A stretch of DNA of 63,670 bases, counting the filler, from Gonapodya sp. JEL0774 (taxonomy: Eukaryota), in the NCBI GenBank assembly GCA_027604505.1. It is 25 parts of 25 records of this genome, joined end to end, with 100 filler letters (N's around TTAATTAATTAA, not from the genome) between each part and the next. Parts side by side here need not be neighbours in the genome. Positions count along the whole stretch, not along the records: positions 23,065 to 25,518 come from JADIIX010001915.1; positions 25,619 to 28,072 come from JADIIX010001916.1; positions 28,173 to 30,623 come from JADIIX010001917.1; positions 30,724 to 33,173 come from JADIIX010001918.1; positions 33,274 to 35,722 come from JADIIX010001919.1; 20 more parts are not named here. One strand, given 5' to 3'. Numbering within the stretch: position 1 is the stretch's first letter; each line of letters begins with the position of its first letter. Under the pieces are notes generated by a model. The model had not been told where the DNA came from. It worked only from the letters and a program-made list of their open reading frames with translations, and ran no database searches. The position numbers and the translations under genes were made by a program. This document shows, piece after piece, positions 23,700-35,822 of this stretch.

Positions 23700-25518
23700 A
23701 CCCCCACCCGCGTCCCCGTCCACGCGCCGCATTGCCAGCAGCGCCTCCTTGAGCCTCGTGTTTTCCTCGACGAGCCGTTGGTGTTGGTGATCCGTCGTCT
23801 GACCCTGACCCTGACCCGGCTGGGCGGGAATGTGCGCGGCTACACAAACAAAGCAAATAAAGGAATATTTTTGAACACTCGCGCGCCACTCGGGGGACAC
23901 GGCAAGTCCGACCGTTCAAACGCCGCCGCCCCACCCCAAAACCTACCTACCTCTTCCCTCCCACCTCTGGATGACCCTCTCCATATCCCCCACCAACTTC
24001 CTGTACCTGTCCACCTTCCCGGCCTGTTCCTGTGCCCTGTGCAGCTCGCCCTGCTGGGCCATGTGGGCCGCGTGGAGGTGGGACAGGTGGGTGGAGAGGA
24101 GGTCGCGCTGGGGGGCCGGGGGGGGGGGGGGAAGTGGTGGGTAGGGGCTAGGGGGATCCGGGGGAACGGTAAGAGGGAAAGCAGGGCTCACCTCGCGTAC
24201 CAGGTCGGCCCACCCGTCGACCATATCCTCTGCCCGCTTGCGACGGTCCGTTTCACTACGGAGAAGGGCGGCGAGGTCGAGGTACCGGCGCGCCAGGTCG
24301 GGGGCGTCCGTGGTGGTGGTGGCGGTGCAGTCGGAGGAGGAAGAGAGGAGGGCCGAGGTGGCCAGGTCGTGGGCGGCCAGGCGGGACGAGAGGAGGGCGG
24401 TACGGTGCTAGACGGCGTTTCGTGCGTGCGTTCGTGCGTCGGTGAGTCAGCTCTACCCCACCCACCACACAATCCCTTCACCCCTGACACACCTCCAACT
24501 CCCCGTTGATATCCCTCATCCTGGCCACCTCGGCCCCTAAGCGGCGCATGGCCTCGGTGCGGGCGTCGAGGTCGGACACGAGGCGGGTGATGAGGGGGGC
24601 GGCGGGGGAGGGGACGGTGGGGGGATGGGCGGTGGGGAGGGAAGAGGGGGAGGGGAGTGGGGGAGCGAGGGAAGGGGACGGGGACGGGGAAGGGTGTTGG
24701 TGTGGGTTTTGGTCGGATGGGGACGGGAATATGGTGGGAGCAGAGGGAGAGGTGGTACCCGGTTCGTTCGAGCCTGCACCTGTTCCGGGTTGGTCACGGT
24801 GGTGCAGGGTTTCGTTGGCGTCGGTCGCTGGCTCCGTGCCGGCTTCGGTCTCGGTCTCGGTCTCGGTCTTCATCTGATTCTGCTTCTGTGCCTCCTGGGC
24901 ATCCGCCTCTGCCTCTGCCGCCTCCGCGGCTTCGAACCTCTGCACCAATTCCTTGACCGCGCGCACCACGGGTTTTCCCGCACCGTGCAATTTCATTTCG
25001 ATGAGGATGGAACCAGGAGGGGTGGGTGGGTGCGTGGGTGTTTTGGAGAAGAATGACGTGCGCTTGGTTGGTTGGTGCAGGTGCGTTGTTGGGTCGGTGG
25101 AGTCGTGCGTGGATTGTGGTAGGAGGGGAACAATGTGGCTGGATAGTTTACCCGATGCGAGGTGGATGAGGTGTGGGTGAAGGGGGAGGGTGTGCTGGGC
25201 CAGAACTGGCCGAATGCCAAAGTCACCCAACAAAACACACAAAGAGGGGGCGACAGACCAGACCAGACTCACTCTCGACGTCCGTCTCACCATCGTCAGT
25301 CTTGCGCACTGCGAACAGTGTGGTGACCAGGTCGAGTGGCAGGACCGTGATGGTCGCGTGGTCCTTCTTGCCTCTGCTCCCCGTTCCCGTTCCCGGCCCG
25401 GGTTTGTTCCCATCAGCACCGGCGGAAGGTCCCACCACTGAATCATCATCATTGCCGCCAAAAGCGATGCGAGCCTTGAACTGGGCTTTGTTGAATGGAA
25501 CGTTGGTGGACGATGTGG
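23700..25518 (-). CDS. Coiled-coil protein fragment, possibly CCDC33-like
   Basis: LITRLVSDLDARTEAMRRLGAEVARMRDINGELE; AQQGELHRAQEQAGKVDRYRKLVGDMERVIQRWE; LVEENTRLKEAL; GC-rich and multi-exon. Confidence 0.4.
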
Positions 25519-27437
25519 NNNNNNNNNNNNNNNNNNNNNNNNNNNNNNNNNNNNNNNNNNNNTTAATTAATTAANNNNNNNNNNNNNNNNNNNNNNNNNN
25601 NNNNNNNNNNNNNNNNNNATGTAGAAGGTGTTGGGGGCGTTGCCGGCTAAGGGGCGGGCGGGGGGGAGAAAGAGGATGAAGGGGATGGGGAGGGGAAACT
25701 GCGGTACTGCGGTGTGTCAACTCCTCACCTGCGGGGTTCCCAGATATGATGGTGTCGATGGCTGCGTTGTATCCCGACCAGGCGTCTGGAAATCGAAGTG
25801 CGTCGACCGTGGGTAAATCATATCGACCATCGACCACATGGGCGAACCGGCGGCGGTGTGAGGAAACAAAGCAAACACCCGTGGATGGAATTTAGGGGGA
25901 GAAGAAACCAAAATCGGGTTGTTGGGTGGGTTGGTGTGTGTGAGTGAACGGTGTGATCACGTGTGCAGGTGGGAGACACAGTGCACTCCACACCCTCGGT
26001 GATATATGGAGACCACGTGTTCAGAACACTCACATATGGATCCCACACAGGACATGATGATGACCGCCGCAGGGAGGAGGAACCATCGGTTGAATCTTGA
26101 ATGAAAATAAAAATTAATTCCATCCGTTGGTCGTCCGAAATTGATCCAGTTCCGGATGAATATTATTCCGGGGCCCACGCCCTTCCACCCCCGAAAAAGA
26201 CCCACTTGACCCGCACCAAATACCCCCCGGGCACCACGAACAGTCCAAAGAAGTTTATGGGCGGGGGAAACTCCAGGAACCTGTCGCGCTCGATGGCGTC
26301 GGGGGGTCGGGACACTTTGGTGTTGCTGGGGCCGGGTGGGAAGGCGGGGGGGAGGGGGGACCGGAGGGTGAGGAGGAGAGCACGGTGATGGGGGGGAGGG
26401 AAGTACACAGTGTGTGTTGATGGGGTGCTTTCGGCTCCCCGCTCCCCGCACACCGAACCTCCGCTGGGGATCAGGAGCGCGGCAGCTTTGCACTCACTTG
26501 AAATGGTTCAAGATGGTTTCGCGGATGGGCATCGTTGGTGGTTGGTACCTGTTTTCCTGTCCGTTTGGCGAGCTTGATTTGCAGGACACGAAACCGGATC
26601 TCGGGACTTTGTTTTAGGATCTTGTACGAGGGTCTGTGAGGGGGGGCTTGGCGAAGTGAGACCACACCGTCACCCACACGTGGAACTGAAAACCCGGGGT
26701 GGGGGACAGTTTAAGGTCTATTAGATGGGTAAATCGGATCGGATGGTGGAGTGGTTCTTTGGAGTTATTTCATAGAGCTTTGTGATCAGCGAGTGAGTGT
26801 GTGGATCGCCACGCCGTGCGGCAGGTGACAGGGACTGGTTGACTTGGAGACAAATACAGAGATAGGGCGACAAACTGAGAGTCATGGATTAATTTACTTA
26901 TTCAAGAATAATTATGTGCGTTTCGTTGTATGGTGTACCTGTGGGGATGAGTGCGGTAAACGTCGACCCTCTTCACAAACAAACAAAACCTCCGCACGAG
27001 GTTTGGTGCATGTGATTTGTGTCGAATCACGTACCAAAGACACTCAAGGTCAAAGCATTCAGATGAGATCGATTCGCAATGGCAAAAAGGTGATTGGATG
27101 GGAATTGAGAGAGAACAGAAGGAGTCGAATGGGCCGAGACAAATGAGTGCCTTGGAGATTTGGAGAAGTTTGGAAGTATCCATAGAGTGAGAATAATAGA
27201 GTGGTGATAGTTGATGTGTTGACGCATGTGGCATCTTGTTTTTGTTTTGTGCAGAGAAAGTGCGGCATGACTTTAGGTTTCAGATGGGAGAGATTGATTG
27301 GGTGGAGGGAGTGTGCTGTGGTAATGACCAAAGCCACAGAACAAACGTGTTCTGTTCACCTTCACCGACCAGACATTGAATCTGCATTCGTGTCTTTGAC
27401 TCTTTTGGTGGAATCAACAAAGAGAGACGTTGCGCCA

Positions 27438-28072
27438 ATGAGTGGAGTGACGTCATCCGCAGCAGTGGGAGTGCAGTGTGATGGGAGTGGACAGGAGAAG
27501 GCAGCAGAGTCTGTGGTTGTGTTGTACGCCAGTCAGACGGGCAACGCGGAGTTCATCGCTCGCCACATCAACGCGGAGGCTGTCGACCGCGGGTATCGGT
27601 CGTCTGTCTTTGTCTGCGACGACTACCACAAGGTGAACTTGACTTGTCCCCCTTTGCCCTGCACTCCTTCCACACCCACACCACTCCCTCCCTCCTTCCT
27701 TAATCCTTTGTCCCTGTTTTTTCTTAATCAATCATCTCTCTCTGTCACCACCTCTGTTCTTAATCAATCATCATAGATCGACTTCTCCGCATCAATCGCT
27801 CTCATCATCGTCGCTTCAACCACTGGCGACGGGGACCCTCCTGACAACTCCACAAAGTTCTGGCGCTTCATCCGCAGAGAAAAACCCAATTCCACCCTGC
27901 TCGCTGGCAAACGTTACGCCGTACTCGGTCTCGGCGACTCAAACTACTCCCAGTTCGCAAACGCTGCCAAAAGGTTCGACGCTCAGCTCCAAAAGCTCGG
28001 CGCACAGTGCTTCCAAAGGGCCTTTGCAGACGACGCTACGGGCCTCGAGGCCGTGGTCGACCCCTGGATCGC
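27438..28072 (+). CDS. MTRR: Methionine synthase reductase-like diflavin reductase, FMN/flavodoxin domain (5' part)
   Basis: LYASQTGNAE, ASTTGDGDPPDNSTKFWR, YAVLGLGDSNYSQF, and ADDATGLEAVVDPWI (MTRR-type); one intron at about 27633-27776. Confidence 0.7.
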
Positions 28073-28172
28073 NNNNNNNNNNNNNNNNNNNNNNNNNNNN
28101 NNNNNNNNNNNNNNNNTTAATTAATTAANNNNNNNNNNNNNNNNNNNNNNNNNNNNNNNNNNNNNNNNNNNN

Positions 28173-29281
28173 AGATTGTCAACACCATTCCCGGTTCGGA
28201 GGCTCGTGTGAGCGTCCGCGAGCTTGACTTGACGGATTTCTCTTCAGTCCGATCTTTTGCAAATGGGATTGAAAAGGATGGAGTTGTCGTGGATATTCTT
28301 GTGAGTGCATATTTGTCTGCACGAAGACATGAATTTGCATCAGAGGACAAACCCCATCTTTCAATTGTTTGGCCGTAGATCAATAATGCTGGCCTTGTCC
28401 CACCTGTGCGTCGTCAAATCACAAAAGATGGTAAGAGTACTCTCGATAATGGTCAACATCGTGGCGCAAGTAACGAACGGCTTCTGCACAGGCTTCGAGC
28501 TCAGCTTCCAAACCAACCACCTCGGACACTTCCTCCTCACCTCGCTCCTTCTCCCGTCACTTGCTTTGTCAACGCTTCCTTCCCGTGTGGTAAACGTGTC
28601 ATCGGATTTGGCGCACAAGGGCTTCTTGGAAATGGACGATCTGAACGGGGAGAAGAAGTATCTAGGACCCATACAAACTTACTGCAATACCAAGGTGAAC
28701 GGCGTCGACTACTTCCAATCAACAAGCGTGCTGATCTTTTTACTCTCTTGTCCGTGCTTGACCACAATCAATTGTTATCGCACCAGCTCATGAACCTCGT
28801 TTTTACGGCAGAGCTCTCTCGTCGCATGGCTGCTCACCCCCAATATAGCAAGATCAGAACATATGGACTGAATCCAGGGTTCACGTTCACGAATGTAAGA
28901 GTTGCAACTTTGTCCTGCACCTGCGGTGCCGTTGTATTTAATTCCCTAAAATGTTCTCCATATTGCCCCGGCGAAAAAATCCACAATCAATCGATACAGC
29001 TCGGGAAGAACACTATCCCATTGTTTGGCCCAGTCTATATGTGGTGGATTCGCACTATAGGGGGTGCGTTACCTGGGTACCAAGGTGCCCTTTCCTCTCT
29101 GTATGCAGCCACGTCAGTGGAAGCGGGGACCATATGTGCTGGAGATTGGGGGCATTACGAATCCAAAGCCAACATTGATAAGGTAGGAAAGCCGGATGTC
29201 ACTAGAGCGGGTGATCAGGCGCGTAGCTTTTGGGAGATGAGCCGGAAATTGGTTGGATTGGGTGATAAGGAGGGACTCTAG
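28173..29281 (+). CDS. Short-chain dehydrogenase (retinol dehydrogenase/WWOX-like), 3' part
   Basis: LDLTDFSSVRSFA, NNAG, GFELSFQTNHLGHFLLT, RVVNVSS, catalytic YCNTK, LNPG. Confidence 0.9.
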
Positions 29282-30723
29282 TGAACCGCTGTTGCACGTC
29301 TTTCGACAAGTAGTGCTTCTATTTGCGGTAATTACTCAAATAGGTGCACTAAATATGTAATCTTTAGGAGTAATGTGATGGTGCTGCACTAATAGCGTAT
29401 GACAGAAACAAGAAGCTATGGGTTAGTGTTTGGCTGATGAAGAATGGTACAACGTAATAGCAAGATCAATTGATAGTTATTCACTATTTGAACCACTTTG
29501 CTGAACGTGAAGCAGCGGCCACCGCACTGGAAGACATTAACAATATTGTGATGCAGTTCCCCAAAAACAGAAACACACATCCTACGATGAGCCTCTGAAT
29601 GGCGCTTGTTAGCCGGTGTGGTATATGAAAATATTGAGGCGCCAAGATGCGCCAGGACCCAGGTAGTTGGCGTACTGGGAGACTGTGTACAACAGATCAC
29701 TGGGCCGAATTGTCAGCCCAAGTCACCGCTCAACCTACAGAGATATCTATGTCGTGTTACATAAGACCTTTACTGCAATGAGGGCTCGCGGGTGGTATCG
29801 CAAATCACGACCTAATTTCTGAATACGTCCTCGCTAATGTGCAACATTGGCTTCCACGAGAGCAGCGGACTCTAATCGTGATAGTAACGTAGCTGAATAG
29901 GTATGAGGTTCGATGTGCAAGTCAGTTCGTTCGGTGCTGCCTTGAGTTCTGCCGCTTGGGGCGGGTGGTTCGCGCCCAACGGTTTTTGAACGAACTATCA
30001 GTCAACCAAAACACCAACAAAGAGAAAAACACCACGCCCTGGTCACGGAGATGGGGGCTCCCAAAGTGCTTATAAGCAAGGAAGGAATCACAGATGATTC
30101 CCCTATCGTTTCATTCAAAAGTTCATAAAACATGAAGACGCCGACATTGGCCTGCAACTGACATGGTGAGTTTGTATGTGGACCTCTTTCGTATTCACTG
30201 TTGCTTACTGTAATGCTTCTATCGATCAAGTGCCGCGGTCTTGATTTGTTCCTCATCGATTGTATCTGCTAGGCCAGCCGGAACGCGCATACGCAATCTG
30301 TCCAGCCGACAGGTGGATTCGAACGCCTTTGTGGAGTCCCAACTCTCATTTCCGAGCGCGGATGCTGTCATGGAGCTTGTTTTGTGTCCCTCGGGGAATC
30401 AACAGATCCTCCAGGTAAGTGTGGATATGGTTTATTCCATACCTGATATACGTTTTCCAAACGAACACTGACTATTTCCCACTCACTATTTTTGCCAGGT
30501 TTGGGAATGGGAAGACGCGAAAATGGCGTCGGCAATGGGCACTCCTCGTCGGACTCAAAACGTATGTTATATCGGCTCTTCCTTCTTTCAAGGTTTCCCG
30601 GGAATATGGAAAGGGATCTAACCNNNNNNNNNNNNNNNNNNNNNNNNNNNNNNNNNNNNNNNNNNNNTTAATTAATTAANNNNNNNNNNNNNNNNNNNNN
30701 NNNNNNNNNNNNNNNNNNNNNNN

Positions 30724-32511
30724 TTCCCTCTGGTCCGCTGGAACGCCGTCCACTACCGAACCGCGGCGAGAGGAAGGTCCAGTAGATGACGCAATAGAAG
30801 CCGACAGTGCCGACGATCGCCTAAGGGCCGCCGAGCCGGACAGAAAAGATCCAATCCGACCTCCCAAACCGCGGCCGCCCTCTGACCCATCGTGTAGATC
30901 CGGCGTACCCTCTCTCGATGCAACGCTCTGCCACCACGACCCACGTCTGGTCAAGTCGAGTCTGCATAGAGGACATTCGCCTCGCTTGTGAACAAGCCAT
31001 TCGTCCACGCAATGGACGTGGAACTCGTGAGAGCAGGGAAGTCGGCGGAGAGTTTGGGAAGGGAGAAAGGGGTCGAGGCAGATGGAGCACGTCGGTTCTC
31101 CGCCGGCGGACATTGGGGAGGTTGGAGAGGACGGAGAAGATGGAGAAGGCGGGGAAGACGAACGAGCAGGGAGGATTTGCAATACAGGTTGCGAAGGTTG
31201 TGGGGAATCCCCAGTGATGTACACAGAGGTCGAAATGGACGGTATAGTTGTGGTACCGAGAGAAGCGGGTGAAGCCACAGACGATAGCAGAGAACTTGCA
31301 GTAGGGTCAGGAGCAACCTCTGACAAGGTCGATGCACCTGCTGAGTCGGGATCCCTCACCGTGGTGGCATCTGGAACAATCAATGAGATGGAAGCAGCGA
31401 GGTCAGGAGCTATATCGCTAGAAGGCTGTGCATCTTCCTCCACTCTCTCCTTCACGGGTTTGAGAGCCGCCGGTTGTGGTGGTGTGACAATCTCCGCCTC
31501 CAAATTGTCCTTGTGGATGGTGCCATGTTCCACCATCTCCGCATGCTTTCCATCCTTGTCGTCCTCCTTGGTAGTCTTCGCGGTACCAAAAACAAAGGTT
31601 GCGAAAGTTTGCAAGAGATACGGGTCCGTTCTCGACAATGCAGAACGAATCTCTCTTGGGGAAATGGCTGTGCCTGGCGGGATGTAAACGTCTCGAGCGA
31701 CACGACTACCTTCCGCAGATATGACGGTGCGGTACAAGGTAGGATTTTGTTCACGAAGAGGACGGAGGGCTTTGCGGCGACGCTGTTTGAACGACGAAAG
31801 CGATGGGGGTGGTCGTTCGTTCAGTGGCATATATAAACCAGAAATAGGAGAAAAACATATCAGGTAAAACAACGTGGTCAAATCTTGCACTTAGTATGCA
31901 GAAAGACTGGCACTTCTGCTCCCCAAGGTGGTTTGACCGATTGCAGAACATCATCCAATGGGGAGCGCATGTCAACTCACATGTCGGGAGTACCATCGCG
32001 TTGCAAGAGCCCCAACACATATCGCTAAAATGCCTACAACGATGATGAAGGCAGAAAAGACAGTCGGATCAAGAAATCCGACTCGTGCTGTGTCTGTCCA
32101 TGGTGAATCAACAGATCCATGGGTGCGATCGATAGATCAAAAAAGCGTACAGAAAATGCCGCGAGTCAAAATGACATCAAAATCTCTTCGTATAACCAAG
32201 GATGTTTTCACTCAGCGCGATTTACCTTTGGGAGTAGCAGTTGCATCTCCACTCGAGGTTGCCGCGCAACCAGAACCACTGCAGGCCGTTGTTGTGTTCT
32301 GCGCATCAATAGCACTTATTAAGAATGCTGCAGCGAGCCATGTGATCCACGTTCGAGGGTCAAAGCCGGACGGTAGTTTCTCGGAATTTATGTGCCGGAT
32401 CGGAGCTCCTTCTTGAAGGTTTCGCCCAGAACTCAAATGCGCGGTCCAACAATCCACAAGAGCATTCATTGGAGATGTATTCGTGAATCGCGTTCTCCAG
32501 AGATTGTCCAT
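30724..32511 (-). CDS. Membrane-anchored RING-H2 E3 ubiquitin ligase (start uncertain, 3' truncated)
   Basis: CSICLDPF...LRRLPCSHEFHVHCVDEWL...CPLCR; upstream hydrophobic segment FSAFIIVVGILAICVGLL. Confidence 0.8.
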
Positions 32512-32904
32512 ACTGGAGACCCGAACTGATTTCTGCGATGCGGGACGTACAGGCGGGTGATTGTGTTTGACCCTCGAATTCCGCCGAGCTCCTCTCCTTT
32601 TCGAGTTTACGAGCTCAAGAAGCTGAAACCGGATTCCCTGCGAAGCTCGGGTAACATGCAGCGTGTCTCGCATAAATAACAGCACTGTAGTTACTACATG
32701 AAGGGAGTGGTGACGGTATTCCGATCGAATTCAACCCCTGCGCCAGTCTTTATCTTGAGTAGCCGAAACATTTAGTTCAATTTATCCAAAAAGGTTTGTT
32801 TTCAAATGATCAATAATAATTGAAGTATGGGCTTGTTTGCCGCGCCGGCAACCGGCGGGTCGCATTGTCCCTTGGCCTGCCCCCCGATTCTCCACCAATC
32901 CACC

Positions 32905-33168
32905 ATGTCTGATGACAAAACACCTCTATACGGAATCGACCGTGAAGTCGGTGAGATTTTGTGCTCCTCGGTGGTTCTGTAGTGTCCCTTCGGAGTGATA
33001 ACAACCGATGAACGGTTCCTGATAGCCGCCCGCATCCAAGCGAAATATGACCCGCAGCGAGAAGAAGATGCCAAGCTTTGGATTGAAGATAGGCTCGATG
33101 AGGACGTGTTTGGTGACGGAAGCAGAAGTTTTCAGGAGGTTTTGAAGGATGGTATCATTCTGTGCCGG
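32905..33168 (+). CDS. Calponin/transgelin (SCP1-like), 5' part
   Basis: MSDDKTPLYGIDREV | AARIQAKYDPQREEDAKLWIE...FQEVLKDGIILCR (calponin-homology domain). Confidence 0.85.
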
Positions 33169-33273
33169 TGAGTNNNNNNNNNNNNNNNNNNNNNNNNNNN
33201 NNNNNNNNNNNNNNNNNTTAATTAATTAANNNNNNNNNNNNNNNNNNNNNNNNNNNNNNNNNNNNNNNNNNNN

Positions 33274-35722
33274 CTCACAACGACGGCGCGCCAGACGATC
33301 CGCCACCTATCCAAAGTTCCAATGCGGAGCCATCTGAAAATCCATCTACATACCCTGACGGTGATCCCGAAACCGACCCTGACAGTGTGGCCGCATTCAC
33401 ACCCCGCCGTGCAAAGGGACGGTCCCGCACCAGCACAGGTACCCTCAGTGCCTGGGGCGGTGATGCGGAGGGATTTCCGTCACCCGAGTTCCCTGGCTCC
33501 CAAAGCAATAGTAATAGTCCAGAGGGTCAGGAACAGATCGTTGGAGAGGTCTTCGAATCAGGTGCCACGGTCGGCGAGGTCCTCACCACAGTGCATTCTG
33601 CTTCCCCTCATTGGCCTCGTGCTTCTATGGTGGCCCTGGGTCCGGGTCCGCCATCTGCAATGCCGATTAACGCATTTTCCACCCACTTTCCAAGCTTACG
33701 ATGGAATGGTGTCGGTCCCTCTTTGCCGGCCACACTCTGGCTCACACCCACATCTACGCCCGTCCAGACATCTTCGCTTTCCCTCTACTATCCTGCCAAC
33801 GAGTCTCTCACCCAGCCTAGCACCAGAATAAGCTTTCTTCCCTCGTCTTACTCGCTTTCGGACGGAAACTCTCAGCAAAGAGCAGCCTTTGCTGGGCTTG
33901 TTCGCCCTCTGGATCTCTTCGGCGACCTGCCTTATCTCCCCGACCAGACCTTCTTGAACCAGTGCGTTCAAGTGTTCATACAATACTCTCATCGATGTGA
34001 GTGGGACCTTATTGTGCGCTTCATCATCGTCGCTTAACTATATGTGACCTGTCATATCCACTCATTACACGGGCAAATGATTGAATATAACCATCACACC
34101 AGCCTTCAACTTCCTTCATATACCCACTTTCTTTTTTAAAATCCGGCAAAACACTCTCCACCCGGCTCTCTATCTCGCTGTCGTAACGATTGGCAGCTTG
34201 CACCACCCTGGTCGCCCAGGCTCGGCACTCCGTAATTCGGTGGCACTTCGACTGCACGCCACGATTAAGGCGTCTATTGTCAATCTGAATGTTGCGCTGG
34301 TCGAGGCGCTTCTCATGTTTTCGGGTTTCCTGATGACAGAGGCTGGCCGCATGGTGATTGGAATGAAGTGGTTCCGAGGGACCGTCAAGGCGGCAAAAGC
34401 CTTGGGGATAAACGTGGGTACAGTCGCGTCACCATGTTACGAGCCGTTTCGATTTGCTTCTTACTGATCACCGACTTCGCGCAGACTGAAGATGCTTCGC
34501 AGGAGTTGAGCTGGATTGAGCAGGAAGAGCGGAGGCGGATATGGGCATTACTTTTTGTTATGGACACGTGAGTTTCACGACGATCAGCGATTTTGCATAA
34601 CGCATTTGAAACACCATGGCCGTGAATTCAACTTCGATTCGGGTCATTGTCCCGGCGTTGCGTCAGCCTTCTTGCCGCAGGCTTCGAAAGCACCCCAATC
34701 ATTACCAAAGACGACTACCAAACCAAGATACCGGGTCGTGATTCGGACTATTGGAAGTGGGAAGAGCCGAGGGAACCGGCCTTGGATCCAGAGATCGTGT
34801 TCGACGAAGAAAAGGTGAGAAGCTCGAGACTGGTGAGCTTTATGGGATGGGACATAGTAGAGATAAAGGTCTTACGATCTGTTCCGATTAATTCCCCATA
34901 TATTCTCAGTTTCTTGATATCCCAAAACGGTCACCTCCCGTGGTCGAAGACAACTATAACTTGCTAGCAACCTCTCTCATGTCTATTTTTAGACTGAGAC
35001 TCGCCATGAAGGCCGTGGGCGATGATGTTCAAACGCTTCGTTCCATTATGGAAGATCGCTTGCTGAGATGGTTTCAGGTGAGACACCCGCACCTTTCTTT
35101 CGAACCTGTTCCTTGACATCCAAACCGCATTCCGTCTGTATCTTACTTACACTTGAAGGTGCTGCCAATTGGCGTCCAAGCAGTGGCCTTGGATCAACCG
35201 ACATCGTTCCTCTTTTGCACTGCCTTTGTTGGTGAGCAGGAAGAATCAGTTCCAACAACTCCCCATCAGGTCGGGCATCTTGTTATGCGTGAGTACTACG
35301 AGACTGAGCTAGGTCTTCTGACAATAGATTTGAAATTTTCTCCGGCTATTGATCAGAGTGGGCGCTCCTCTTCCTGACCACCTTTGGTCCCAAGACTCCA
35401 GAAAACTATCTCGCCGATTCCGAGTGGCACCAATCCGCCGACTTTATTCGGTGCATTGAGGTGGCTACGCAGGGCACCCGCGTTCTCGAATGTATCATGA
35501 GAAGCCCCACTGGACTCCGACCAGTTGCAGGTGGAACAATTAACTACCACATATTTCAAATCGGGATGGTGCACCTTGTGTATCTCAAAACAATTGTCGC
35601 CAAGATCCCGTATGCAGATGAGTTGGAACTCGAGCAATTGCAGGCGATTGGAAGGTGTGTTCATGCCTCAAAAGTTGAACGCGTTACAGGTGTTGGATTG
35701 ACGTTTCTTCTTCCCCGCGCGA
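33274..35722 (+). CDS. Fungal-specific transcription factor (Zn2Cys6 middle-homology/Fungal_trans domain), internal part
   Basis: CVQVFIQYSH, FNFLHIPTF, AAKALGI, WIEQEERRRIWALLFVMD; many introns. Confidence 0.7.
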
Positions 35723-35822
35723 NNNNNNNNNNNNNNNNNNNNNNNNNNNNNNNNNNNNNNNNNNNNTTAATTAATTAANNNNNNNNNNNNNNNNNNNNNN
35801 NNNNNNNNNNNNNNNNNNNNNN

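Noticed and set aside
23100..25574. Many long overlapping ORFs on both strands (also 48779-52516 and 10300-12266)
   Set aside because: High-GC low-complexity sequence lacks stop codons; these are shadows of one real gene per locus
25619..26700. Probable minus-strand gene start (MPIRETILNHF..., VVDGRYDLPTVDALRF)
   Set aside because: Exon structure and family could not be established
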